Of a DNA stretch of 64,000 nucleotides, positions 12,801 to 22,256 are shown in pieces. Within the stretch, counting starts at the first letter, position 1, and every line of letters starts with the position of its first letter. The stretch lies in the NCBI GenBank assembly GCA_950097015.1, contig CATNEN010000001.1, forward strand, positions 11,842,001 to 11,906,000, written 5' to 3'. The position numbers and the translations under genes are program-made. The notes under the pieces are model-generated. The model had not been told where the DNA came from and did not search any database. It saw nothing but the letters and a program-made list of their open reading frames with translations. Source of the stretch: Macrostomum hystrix (lineage: Eukaryota; Animalia; Platyhelminthes).

Positions 12801-15800
12801 GTGGGGCTTCCATCCTTTTCTGCTGGATGCCAGGACCTTCAACCAGCTTCATGCTGGCCTCTGCCTGATGGCGGCTCCCACAGGCAGCGACTCGGCCCCG
12901 ACTGCGGAGCATCTGACACGATGCTGCACGTCATCCGCCACTGCCCGCGATGAGACGCCGCCCGCTTTTCTGCCCTGTCGGCCCGTTTTCTCGTTACTGC
13001 ATGCTATGGGGCATTGGCTCCCCACTATTAGCGCCACCGTTAATAGAATAATAAGAATGGAAGAAGACGAAGAAGAAGCAATAGAATATTTACAGCTTGC
13101 GAGAGACATTAAAAATATAGACTAGCGCCCCGAAAAGCCACGAACATAATGAAACCTAAAAATGAAAGACCAGGTTACCTCCAATCCAAACTCGTCTTCC
13201 ATTATTTCAAACAAGGCGGTCACTTGATGAAATGTTAAAGTTCTAATTAGTATTTTAACGAACTTTTACAACGGATTTTAAAGGAACAAAAAGCTAGCGG
13301 TAAATTATACTCAGTAAAATATACGTAAATCAATAATATTTGATTATGATATTTTTGATAGCTCGTATTTATGAAATTTATGATATTTATGAAAGCCCCA
13401 TCAAAATTTGCCCGCGCATTCTAATATAATCGGTGAAAAAGCCCAAAGAGAGAGACGCAAAAACTATAGACAGCACTGTATTATTGTATTAGACGAACTA
13501 AAATTACATCTTTCTAGTCGTTTAATCTGCCCTGAATCGAAATTCATCTCGAATTTCAGCAGTCAAGATGGCTCATTTTTGCAAGTCCAAGCCACTGGCC
13601 AGACATCAATTCAATCCGAAGGCACTCAAGTAGCTGCCAGCGAGAGCGTCACTGCACTCAGCGTTCCTGACCTGGCTGTTCAGAAGATGGAGATGCTGCG
13701 TCTTAGAGAGGCCGAAGGGTAATTCTTGCATTTTACGTCTAGTTTAAATATGTTTCTTCTCATGTTACTAGCGCAAGATTTTAATACTGAAACATGTGAC
13801 CGGTATGATTAATGCCAGTGTATTCCAGTGGACGCTTTTTTAGGGTCGGCCCGATTCCCCTGCGCGCCTAGAAAAAACAACGCGTTGCACACGACGACGT
13901 TGTCATAGTGTTTTCCAATAAAAAAATAATTGCAGGAGGGCTGCGGGAAATGGCGCATCATTTGGTGACACTTGACCCGCGGCCAGCGGAGGCAATTCTG
14001 CAAATTCCGTTGACTCCTGAGCATACGCACTCAGATACGGTAATGCAGGCATACGCTCACACAGGTGTGTACATCTGTCCTGACTTTCTCATCGTCAGGC
14101 AGACTTTCACTGTGCCTTGGAAGGTTGGCCCTCAAGGGCGTAAATTGCACGACAAGCCCCCAAGCCTTTTCTCCGCGGCTGCGCCCCAAATGAATGTGGC
14201 CTCGCCGCGGAATCGAGCTCAGGGACCTGGGCGCTAGAGGCAAACGCGTTAACCGCTCTGCCACCGACCCCCCTATGGTGTTTTGTCATATACCCTGCAA
14301 ATAGATTGTGGGGGTTCTGCCCTTCCACCACAAGAGTCCAGAACTGAGCGTCCACGGTTGGCCCGAACAAAAAAAGGCAAAGTTCTTGTAGCTTTAACGA
14401 ATATTAGCAAGCTTAATGCATGAAAAATAGATTTGCATTTTATTTTCGTCTATTTATCATGAATCGCAACAGCAACCAAATCGGACAAAGCAAAGCAAAA
14501 TTATACAAAATTATTGTGATAAACTTATACTTGATTAGAAAGTGATTGTAAAATTAAGTTAGTCACGAGATAGCTATTGACTGGCTATTGTACTTTATTA
14601 TAAACAGATGAAAAATGAAGATAAACTTTCATGAATGAAGCTTTCTAAAATTCGTTGAAGCAACATGTTTGGCAAGATAAATTAAAAGTACAGCATTGGA
14701 TCTGCTTCTAATAAAAAGTTATCAACATTTATTGTAAAAAACGTGAACAGATCCTTTCTGTCTAGTTCATATTTCGTTGAAAATCTGACTTCAATTTTTT
14801 CCAAGATACGAAGTGTTCCATCCTTCTTCTACAGTAGTGGTCCTTGCCAAAAACATGTAGGTGCGTGGTGCAGGAAAATGAGGTTGGCGCACAACTTTGA
14901 TAATAGATAATTTTAAATGATGATAAGGTTTGATAATAGCACCAAAGGACTTAAAATTTGTAATTTTGTCAGGGCTTCAAATTCTCCTTTCCTTCCTCTG
15001 TCCCTTCCCCAAATGGTGAATTTATTTGCTAGTGTGAAGTAAAATTTAAGCGCAAAACTGAACAAGCAATCGCCAGTAATAAAACGAATAATCCGGTTGC
15101 CGCTACTTTACGAGTAGACAAAGATTCCTCCCAAAAGTATGCATGTGTAAAGCATATGGAACCGAAATGATTTAAACACATTTTTCAAAATTGAAAAATC
15201 AACACAAAAATACGAGTAGGTAGAGTACAATTAAAATTTTACAAAAAAATCAATACAAAATTTAGACATCTTTGATAATTTCAGAGAAATAGTCGAGGTC
15301 ACGCAGTCGCCAGCAGATAAAGTGTTATCTCCGCCTGCAGACGAATTGGGACGGAAAATCAGCTTTGAGCGAGCTGTAGCAGAGGGGCTAGAAACCGAAG
15401 TTCGAAATCACTTAAATTCAATAAAAAGCAGCTGGAGAAGAGATGGACTGTGCGAACTGAATTGGCGTCTTGCTGCGAATCACCATCACTGGGAAATTGT
15501 GAAGCTTCTGGTGCAGACAGTTGCTGACCAACCACTGAGAGATCAGTGCTGCAAGGAGGCTGCGGAATCTGCTGCAAGCGATGGTCAGTGGGAAGTGGTC
15601 AAATTTTTGGTGCTGACAATTGCTGACAAAAAAGTGAGAGATGAGTGCTGCAAGGAGGCTGTGGAATCTGCTGCAACGAAAGGTCAGTTGGAAGTGGTCA
15701 AATTTCTGGTGCCGACAATCGCTGACCAAACACTGAGCGATCAGTGCTGCAAGGAGGCTGCGGAATCTGCTGCAAGATTAGGTCAGTTGGAAGTGGTCAA

Positions 15801-18800
15801 ATTTCTGGCGCCGACGATTGCTGACCAACCACTGAGAGATCAGTGCTGCAAGGAGGCTGCGGAATCTGCTGCAAGGAAAGGTCAGTGGGAAGTGGTCAAA
15901 TTTCTGGTGCCGACGATTGCTGACCAAACACTGAGAGATCAGTGCTGCAAGGAGGCTGCGGAATCTGCTGCAAGGAAAGGTCAGTGGGAAGTGGTCAAAT
16001 TTCTGGTGCCGACGATTGCTGACCAACCACTGAGAGATCAGTGCTGCAAGGAGGCTGCGGAATCTGCTGCCATGAAGTGTCAGTGGGAAGTAGTTCGATT
16101 TCTTGTACAGAAAGTTGCTGGTCGAAGTTTAAGAGATCAGTGCATTAATAGCGCGGCCAGGGTTTCGGCTTCTGTGGATCAGTGGGAGACGATGCTGGAG
16201 TTTGTCCAAAGTATTGCTGACTATCCTTTTAGAAAAAAGGCTTTTCTGAGCGCTGCTAAATCTGTGACTGAGAAAGGACAGCTGAGCGTTGCAAAAATGC
16301 TTCTGGAGAAAGCTGACTTAAGTTTTAAAGACTTTATTTGCTTTGAGACAGCTAAATTTGCTGCTGAAAAGCATCAGTGGGAGATTGTAAACTTTCTTGT
16401 GCCTTCGATTGCCGACCAAGCTCTGAAAGCTGAGTGCTGTGAAGTGACAGCCAAGTGTGCAGTCATGAGCGGCAGACTGGAGGTAATTGAGTTGCTGGTG
16501 GACAGTCTTGAAGACCAGCCTGCAAAAGATCACATCTGCTATGTAACAGCAAAATCAGCTGCTTCTGCGCATGAATGGGAGATTGTCTCGACTTTAGTAC
16601 AGTTAATCGCAGACAAAGCATTGGTTGATAAGTGCTGTAAAGTGACAGCTGAATGCGCCGCAAGCGAGAGCCAGTGGGGAATCGTAAAGTTGTTGCTGCA
16701 GGAAATCACTGACCAACGTACTAAAGATAAATGCTGCAAGGTTGCTGCTAAAGAGGCTGCCAATGAGCGTCGTTGGGATGTTTTTGATTCCATATTAGAC
16801 GCTATTGATGATAAAAACACGAAAGACAGTTGTCGTCGAATGAGAGAGGAGATCATGGACAGTGCATACCAATCGACAGTCAGGTGAGTCTTCTGTATCA
16901 GATACTGTCATTTCTTATAATATCTGATGAAATCTTCACATTTTGATCATTCTTCCCCCCACAAAAATTTCAGCGACGAGGAGGTACCTCAGAAGGATGA
17001 TAAGCTCGCTGGAATTGCAAGGCCAAATGTTCAGCTGGTCGCTGCTCATGCTTTGGCGGAGGGCGCGAGGTTTGTGGTCTATTGCCAGTTCACTTGCCTG
17101 GGTAACTTTATCAACTCAGGGACTCAAAAGCTTTATTTAGACGTTGGCGAGAAGGTCCTTGCAGCAAGCAAATCAATGACAAGTCCAATTTACTAAGCTC
17201 TTCGTAGTTCTCGTTTCTGGCTATTTGGCTCTAACTAACCAATTAACCAACTGAATTCATAGTCAGGAATCGATACAAGTACGCTCCCTGGATTTGCTTG
17301 ATTAGTTTTGTTCATTTTGCAGGTCGAGTGCATCTGTTTTCGAAGCTGTCAGAGATGCGGCGGCAACAGGAAGGTTGGCGGAAGTAAATTCGCTAATGAA
17401 ACGCTTTCGAGGGCGACCAACTGAACGGGACGAATGTTGTTCGAAGGCTGTCGAGTCCGCAGCACGATCTGGACACCTAGAAGTCGTCAAGTTACTGGTA
17501 CACAAAATTTCTGATCTTCGTGTTAGAGATCAGTGCTGCTCAAATGCTCTGAACACAAAAATTGGACGGTGGGAAGTGGTGAAGCTCCTTGTACAGACAG
17601 TTGCTGACGAAAGTGTTAGAAATCAGTGCTGTTCGAAAGTTACCGAAAAAGCTGCAATCGAAGGCGAGCTAGACGTAGTGAGATTTCTTTTGCAAAACGT
17701 GGCCAATCCAAAAGAGAGAGAGAATATCCATCGAGACTGCGCAGTCGCGGCTTGCTCTCATCTCCGTGAAAATGTCGTTGCCTTCCTTGGTCTTCAGCCC
17801 GAGTGGCTCTTCCAGTCCAGCCAAGTCCTCAGCTTCATCGCCTCGATGGCCATTGAGGGCAGGAACTCTGTTCTCACCCAGACTCTGTTTCGAATGCAGC
17901 CAGCTCAGATCACACAGCTGCTCTGTGTCTCCATCTCCCATGGCCATGTCGCACTGGCTCTCACACTCCTCCATGACGAGCGATTCAGCAAAGAATATGT
18001 CGATGAGCCCGACAGCACAGGAGCCACTGCTCTCATGCTGGCAGCTGATGCAGGTCATCACGAGCTCATTGAGAGGCTGGTGGATCTCGATGCGTCAGTG
18101 CGAGCTGAAGACAGTCAGGGTCGGACAGCTCTGTCGCGAGCTTGTGAGGCGGGTCACTTGCGAGCAGCCAAGACTCTGATGGACGGAGGAGCGGATGCGA
18201 ATCATCGGGACAGTCGGGGCCAGACGTGCGCGCAGGTGGCGGAGCAGCGCAAACATCGGCAGGTGCTGCGGCTGCTGGAGAACAGAACTTCGAAGTAAGT
18301 CCGTTTTTATGTTCTAAAATATTTTAACCCGCTTTTTACCCTTGCTGTACTCGTGCAGACCGCTTCGGGTAAAACTAATCTAAACCTGCGCCCTTTTCCA
18401 GCAGCAGAAAAAAGAAAAAGGCAGCTGGACTCCGCACCGACTCGGGTCTCGCTGAGTGAGTTTCTGATTCTGATTGGAAATTCGCCTCAGCTGATCATCT
18501 TGAGATGCCAGTCTGAATGCAGCAGCAGCTGGACTCTGAGCTGATCAGCTTGAGATGCCAGTCTGAATGCAGCAGCAGCTGGACTCTGAGCTGATCAGCT
18601 TGAGATGCCAGTCTGAATGCAGCAGCAGCTGGACTCTCAGCTGATCAGCTTGAGATGCCAGTCTGTGCAGGTGTACAACCTATCAGCTGGCTAAATTCCC
18701 CATCATTCCAGGCTCAGAGACGACTCACAGCGGGACAGGCAGCTCAGTGAGGAACTGCACCGACTGCTCAGCGAGGCGGGATTCACTCGGGAGAGAGCGG

Positions 18801-21103
18801 AGTGTCAGCAGAGAATGGCTGACTGGCTGGAAAAAGTTAATATTCGCACTCATATTCTCACTCAGAACTCGCAGATGCGGATGACAGGCAGCTACGCAGA
18901 GGGCTGGGCCAACAGTCTGGTGCAAGTGAACGGCAGGACAGCGGCTGACTCAGACATTGACTGGACTGTGCTGGTTCAAGGGCAACTGCTGCATCTGGAG
19001 GGCGGTTGCGATGGAACGAAGAAGCCTTGGAAAGACTGTGAAGCTGCCACGAAGCTGCGGGTCATGGAGGGTCACGCTCAGGTGCCAGTGGGGTCGGGTG
19101 AGTCACACCTGATATTCTTTTTTTGAATATTTTTATCATCTTTTTACGAGCGTGTATTAGTATTTCATTTTTTAATTTTTCATTTTTATAATTATTTCCC
19201 GCTGTTTCACATTTTAGTGCACATTTTTTTCTACTACCTTAATTTGTACAGTTCGAGCGATGGGATGCCTTAACTTGGGAATCGAATGATCACATCCAGA
19301 ACATGCTGCTTCGTTAAGCAATAAATAATTTAGTGTTTAGGATTTATTTTTTACTTTTCGTATGTCGCTGTCGATTTCAAAGTTGAACTGTCAGCTAAAT
19401 AATAGTTTTGAGCTATAATATATCATGAGCGAAATAATTATAATTTCTTGATGTCAAACAAAACTACCAATTTCTTATCGATACATTTTCGCAAAAATCT
19501 GCTCTACTGGTCACCACTCACTGCAGGCAGCCAACCTGCCGTCTCAGCCAAGGCATGCGGTGTGCGGCCTGCTCAGGACACGTGCCATGCGATCCAGTGC
19601 TGCAGTGGCTTCTGTGAGGACAGAGTCGAGAAGCTGATTGGACACAGCAACACAGTTGTTCACCTCGTGAGGGCGACCAGACCGACCTCGACCAATGAGC
19701 TCAGAGTGAGCTTCAGCTTCCAAGAGAAACACGCCATGAGACGGCTGAGCACAGTCCAGGGACAGCTGTTCTCAATCATCAAGTTCATCTTCAAGAGACA
19801 TTTGCCACTCACTCTGCACACACCTGGACTCAAGACCTACCATGCAAAGACTCTGCTCTTCTTCATGCTGGAGAAGCATCAAAGGAAAGAAGGAACTGTT
19901 TGGCAGCCTCAGAATCTGATCTCACTGCTGAAGGAGTCTCTCGACATGATGCTGAGCTTCATCGACTCAAGCAGCTCACCCGATGAGTGCATGCCGCACT
20001 TCTTCATGTCCGATGCTCCGCTCTACTTCAAGAACGCTGGAATCGGCGGCGACTTCGAGAACACAAAATCGAGGGTTCGAGACCGACTGAGAGAGCTGAG
20101 AAGCGACATCGGCGGAGTGGTTGAGCAGATGAGGACACTCGTGAGACCTCTGCAGTCAGAGAACTTCTACTTTCACCCGTTCACTCTGCTGCCACTGACA
20201 GCGCCGCCTGCTGTCACTCAGATTAGGCAAGAATCTGATTATAGTAGTCTTGAGAAGTCAGCAGACGTGTACAGTGTGGTGCACCATTGTGTTCGCGAGC
20301 TGCAGTCGGAGTCTGCAGACAGAGACACCCTGATGAGGCAGCTCAGTCTCCTGCATCAGCTGCGGTGGTGCAAGTGCGCCGCCCTGTGCATGACCGCCAT
20401 GACGCATTTGAAGTTCGGAGACTCCGAGGAGGCTGAGAGACTCGCGATGGAGCTCCAGAATCACAGAGTTCAGAGTGTAATGAGGCCTGGTGATATCGGA
20501 GATTCGCTACCATCAGGCTCGGACTGGGCGTGGAGGTTCTGCCTCCCCGCAGACACTCCGCGTCGATTCCCATTCCTTCCCGAGTTCACGCAGACTCTGC
20601 TCACAGCCAGACTGTCACAGCCTCGCTCTGAGCACCTGTACGTGAACTTCCGCTGCCTGAGCTGGAGTCTCCAAGCTGAGCTGCTCCGCAATCGCACAGC
20701 AATCGACTTCGATGCGTGGCTCTCAGAGCTGCAAGAGGACCCGGACTTGGAGGAGCTGCTCACTCTGGCTCACTACAGCGACCGAGTTGAGCACGTGGAG
20801 TTCAGCCTGCGACAGATGGAGACCGTCAGGGACGAGAGACGCATCGCCATGGAGACGCAGGATGAGGAGAAGATCCGCTGGGTCAGAGAGAAGCTGTGGC
20901 GAAATTGGCGGAATAATGTCTTCATGGAAACGGTGGCGCAGCAGAGAGACGGCTGGATCCACGCGAAGCTGCAGCGGTTCGCGAAGTCACTGCCGGAGAC
21001 GCTGAATGATCAGCGATGCGTCGCCATGGAGACGGCGAGCGAGTCCGTCAGCATGGAGCGCCAGCGGAGAGGTAGAAAGCTGAATGCAGAGGACGGCAGG
21101 TGA
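2..21103 (+). CDS. Large multi-exon ankyrin-repeat + Mab21/cGAS-like nucleotidyltransferase (cGLR) protein, 5' end outside window (>2,200 aa)
   Basis: Hand-spliced exons <2-867, 984-1023, 5249-5865, 5958-5991, 6063-6457, 13560-13718, 15285-16883, 17323-18294, 18712-19097, 19527-21103. All introns are GT..AG and the phases match (2,0,2,0,2,2,2,2,1); the total of 6645 nt is divisible by 3. Ankyrin motifs GHTLLHCAV, GKTALHHAV, GNTPLHLAA, GATALMLAA. NTase motif GSYAEG..SDID. Mab21 motifs HLV, ELRVSFSFQE, TYHAKTLLFF, MPHFF. Joining all exons into one transcript is inferred, not transcript-verified. Confidence 0.75.
1124..1232 (-). mobile_element. Helitron-like 3' terminus (hairpin + CTAG|T)
   Basis: The minus strand reads ...CCCCAAATGGGG-aatttatttg-CTAG|T. 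The same ~105-bp sequence occurs inverted at 14929-15033 and ends at the same CTAG|T. Confidence 0.5.
1549..3843. repeat. Minisatellite, ~25-bp unit (C)nAGCAACAGAGAACTAATGT, about 90 copies
   Basis: Head-to-tail units that vary mainly in C-run length. Degenerate relatives continue to about 4800. Confidence 0.97.
4027..4428 (-). mobile_element. tRNA-derived SINE (CORE-like family)
   Basis: Minus strand begins GCGGATAGCTCAGTCAGT (A-box) ... GGGTTCGACTC (B-box). Central CORE/Deu-like segment (plus strand GGTACTCATTTGCAGCTGAGTAGACTG), (TTA)n tail, flanking CCCCTTAA direct repeat. Confidence 0.7.
4810..5104. repeat. Minisatellite, 21-bp unit GACACATTTAGAAAACTGGTG, about 14 copies
   Basis: Direct tandem repeat that produces the spurious RKLVDTF / STSFLNV ORFs. 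Confidence 0.97.
5249..6457 (+). CDS. Canonical ankyrin-repeat exons (5249-5865, 5958-5991, 6063-6457)
   Basis: ORFs 5303..5869 and 6075..6461 contain several G-x-T-[AP]-L-H-x-A ankyrin repeats. Clear splice sites TTTACAG|, AG|GTGAGT, TTTCAG|, CAG|GTACGG, TTTTAG|, GG|GTAAGC. Confidence 0.9.
7095..10841 (-). mobile_element. Ty3/Gypsy LTR retrotransposon (Mag-like), internally deleted, non-autonomous
   Basis: TG..CA LTRs at 7095-7257 and 10692-10841. 5-bp TSD CACCT (7090-7094 / 10842-10846). PPT AAGGGAAGGTGAA next to the 3' LTR and PBS-like TGGCATCGCA after the 5' LTR. Gag LLHCLG plus two CCHC knuckles, protease LVDSGA, RT YIDD, integrase HHCC and KTDGGPQF..GNAAVERFN. Confidence 0.95.
7444..10560 (-). 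pseudogene. Gypsy gag-pol (frameshifted, RNase H missing)
   Basis: ORFs 10120..10383 (gag), 8301..10553 (zinc knuckle-protease-RT-IN zinc finger) and 7444..8301 (integrase core) lie in different frames. RT runs directly into the pre-integrase linker at LDKLED|STELQVN. Confidence 0.85.
11811..11905 (+). mobile_element. 5'-truncated 95-bp retroposon with A-rich tail inserted into the LINE RT
   Basis: Perfect 12-bp TSD GCAGTCGTCAAG (11799-11810 / 11906-11917) and tail TAAAAATAAA. Removing the insert rejoins NDLPAVVK-EQCDINLYTDD. Confidence 0.85.
13925..14273 (-). mobile_element. tRNA-derived SINE family A, full length (~350 bp)
   Basis: Minus strand GGGGTCGGTGGCAGAGCGG (A-box) ... GAGCTCGATTCC (B-box), structured body and (TTA)n-like tail. 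Ten copies in the window. Confidence 0.9.
14929..15033 (+). mobile_element. Helitron-like 3' terminus, second copy
   Basis: Inverted copy of 1124-1232, ending ...gaatttatttgCTAG|T. Confidence 0.5.
15285..16883 (+). CDS. Exon with about 14-15 atypical 33-aa ankyrin-like repeats (CCKEAAESAA..GQWEVVKFLV..IADQ.LRDQ)
   Basis: ORF 15322..16887 shows 99-bp periodicity at 15541, 15640, 15739, 15838, 15937 and 16036. Phase 2-2 exon, TTTCAG|A ... AG|GTGAGT. Confidence 0.85.
17323..18294 (+). CDS. Exon with CC-type and canonical ankyrin repeats
   Basis: ORF 17375..18298 contains GATALMLAADAGHHELIERL and GRTALSRACEAGHLRAAKTL. Phase 2-2 exon. Confidence 0.9.
18488..18665. repeat. Intronic tandem repeat, 51-bp unit, about 3.5 copies
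   Basis: AGCTGATCAGCTTGAGATGCCAGTCTGAATGCAGCAGCAGCTGGACTCTG repeated. Confidence 0.9.
18712..21103 (+). CDS. Mab21/cGAS-like nucleotidyltransferase domain plus helical C-terminus (exons 18712-19097 and 19527-21103)
   Basis: MTGSYAEG...DSDIDWTV (GS loop plus DhD), QDTCHAIQC (likely third acidic residue), VHLV, ELRVSFSFQEK, LKTYHAKTLLFFMLE and MPHFFMSDAPLYF correspond to conserved invertebrate Mab21/cGLR motifs. Confidence 0.85.
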
Positions 21104-21819
21104 AAAATGCCGTGACGGCGTACGAGCTGCACGGCTGCGGAGAGGCGGCGGACGAGCTGCCCCAGAGGCGCTACCCGGTGCGGAGGCGGCTGCCGGTTGA
21201 TCGATATGTGCCGGGTTGAACTTTTGATTGAATGACTGCGCTGAACTCATGGACTGTCTTAATATTGCTTAAGTTGCACCAATCACTTGCTGCGTTTTTA
21301 TTCTTTTGGAATATCTTTACTTCCTTCGAGTTTTCTTTTTTTCTTCTTTGCGTGGGAGGATTGTAGTGTGTGGCAATGTACATATGCGTTCACTTCTCAG
21401 GGTGTCTAATGCACATCAACCGCGTGCATGCCTTTCTCTCTCGCTTTTACGCCTTGGCACTGATTGCTATTTAACTCGTGAGTCAACAAATAAATCGCTG
21501 TAAAACTTCGTCAACTCTAAGTCGCAGCCTCTCTGTCTTAGTCCACACGCTTAATTAATCTAGCTTAGCCTGATTTCCTCCCTCACATAAAATCAGTAGG
21601 TTATAAAATCAAAGAGCCTAGCTCGCAGGGCCAGAGCCCAGGCCATCTAGACCAATGAGCTACCGCAGCTACGAGTTACCAATGCGAATTTCGCTACTCA
21701 CTGCAGTACGCTACTACCCACTACTAAGCAGGGGGTGATTTCGCTGAATTCGATGATGTTCTTACGGAGAGCAGAGCTGATTGGCGGGAGGGGCAAAGGG
21801 CTGGGGTAAGGGTTAACAG

Positions 21820-21937
21820 ATAACGCCCGCGCCCAGCCAATCAGGTGGCGGCTCAGGGCACACAGAGCAGGGGCGGGAGGGTGAGAAAGGGCGAGGCCAA
21901 GGGCGAGCCAATCAAAACCGGCCTGAAACAACGGCCT
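21820..21937 (+). repeat. Dispersed GC-rich repeat with paired CCAAT motifs (second copy ~27731-27847)
   Basis: AACGCCCGCGCCCAGCCAATCAG...GAGCCAATCAAAACCGGCCTGAAA.AACGGCCT is present at both loci; probably a transposon fragment. Confidence 0.6.
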
Positions 21938-22190
21938 GTTGGGCAGTCGAAACTCCCTATCACCTCTGGAACGCAGGCACTACATAAGCAATCTCGGAAA
22001 TCGGGTCAAATGTTGATCTACGGTCGCTGAAGCTACCGGGCGTGCAATGAGAGAATGTCTGCGCAGGAGCTGATGGACCAAGAGTTCCTGACATCTATTG
22101 GGAGCTCAGGCGACCGGCACATCAGCTGAGAAGCCGCGTAGAGAAACCTTGATAAACATTAGGAATTAGTGGTTGAGCAACAGCAACAGG

Positions 22191-22256
22191 AGAATCGAGC
22201 TCAGGGACATTGGTGCGAGAGGCAAACGGGTCAGACCGCTCTGCCACTGACCCCCT
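22191..22256 (-). mobile_element. SINE family A head fragment (duplicated with the flank of the 23.2-23.5 kb copy)
   Basis: Matches ~23473-23600, including the non-SINE flank CCCCCTCAACTTG...CAGCCGCATGTCCA. Confidence 0.7.

Larger units (their letters stand above)
6725..13077 (+). mobile_element. Decayed non-LTR retrotransposon (I/Ingi-like LINE), interrupted by a Gypsy element and a short retroposon
   Basis: RT remnants NGLPKDSVIAPLFWLIFVNDLP (~11733-11800) and EQCDINLYTDD (~11918-11950). Thumb-like ANHTYGA...IATIRACADYS (~12200-12280). (GAA)-rich tail at 13043-13077. Degenerate flanking direct repeat GCAACAGAACA (6714-6724) / GCAATAGAATA (13078-13088). Many stops and frameshifts. Confidence 0.65.

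Noticed and set aside
12667-13125. Independent 152-aa gene
   Set aside because: It lies in the 3' part of the decayed LINE and runs through its GAA tail.
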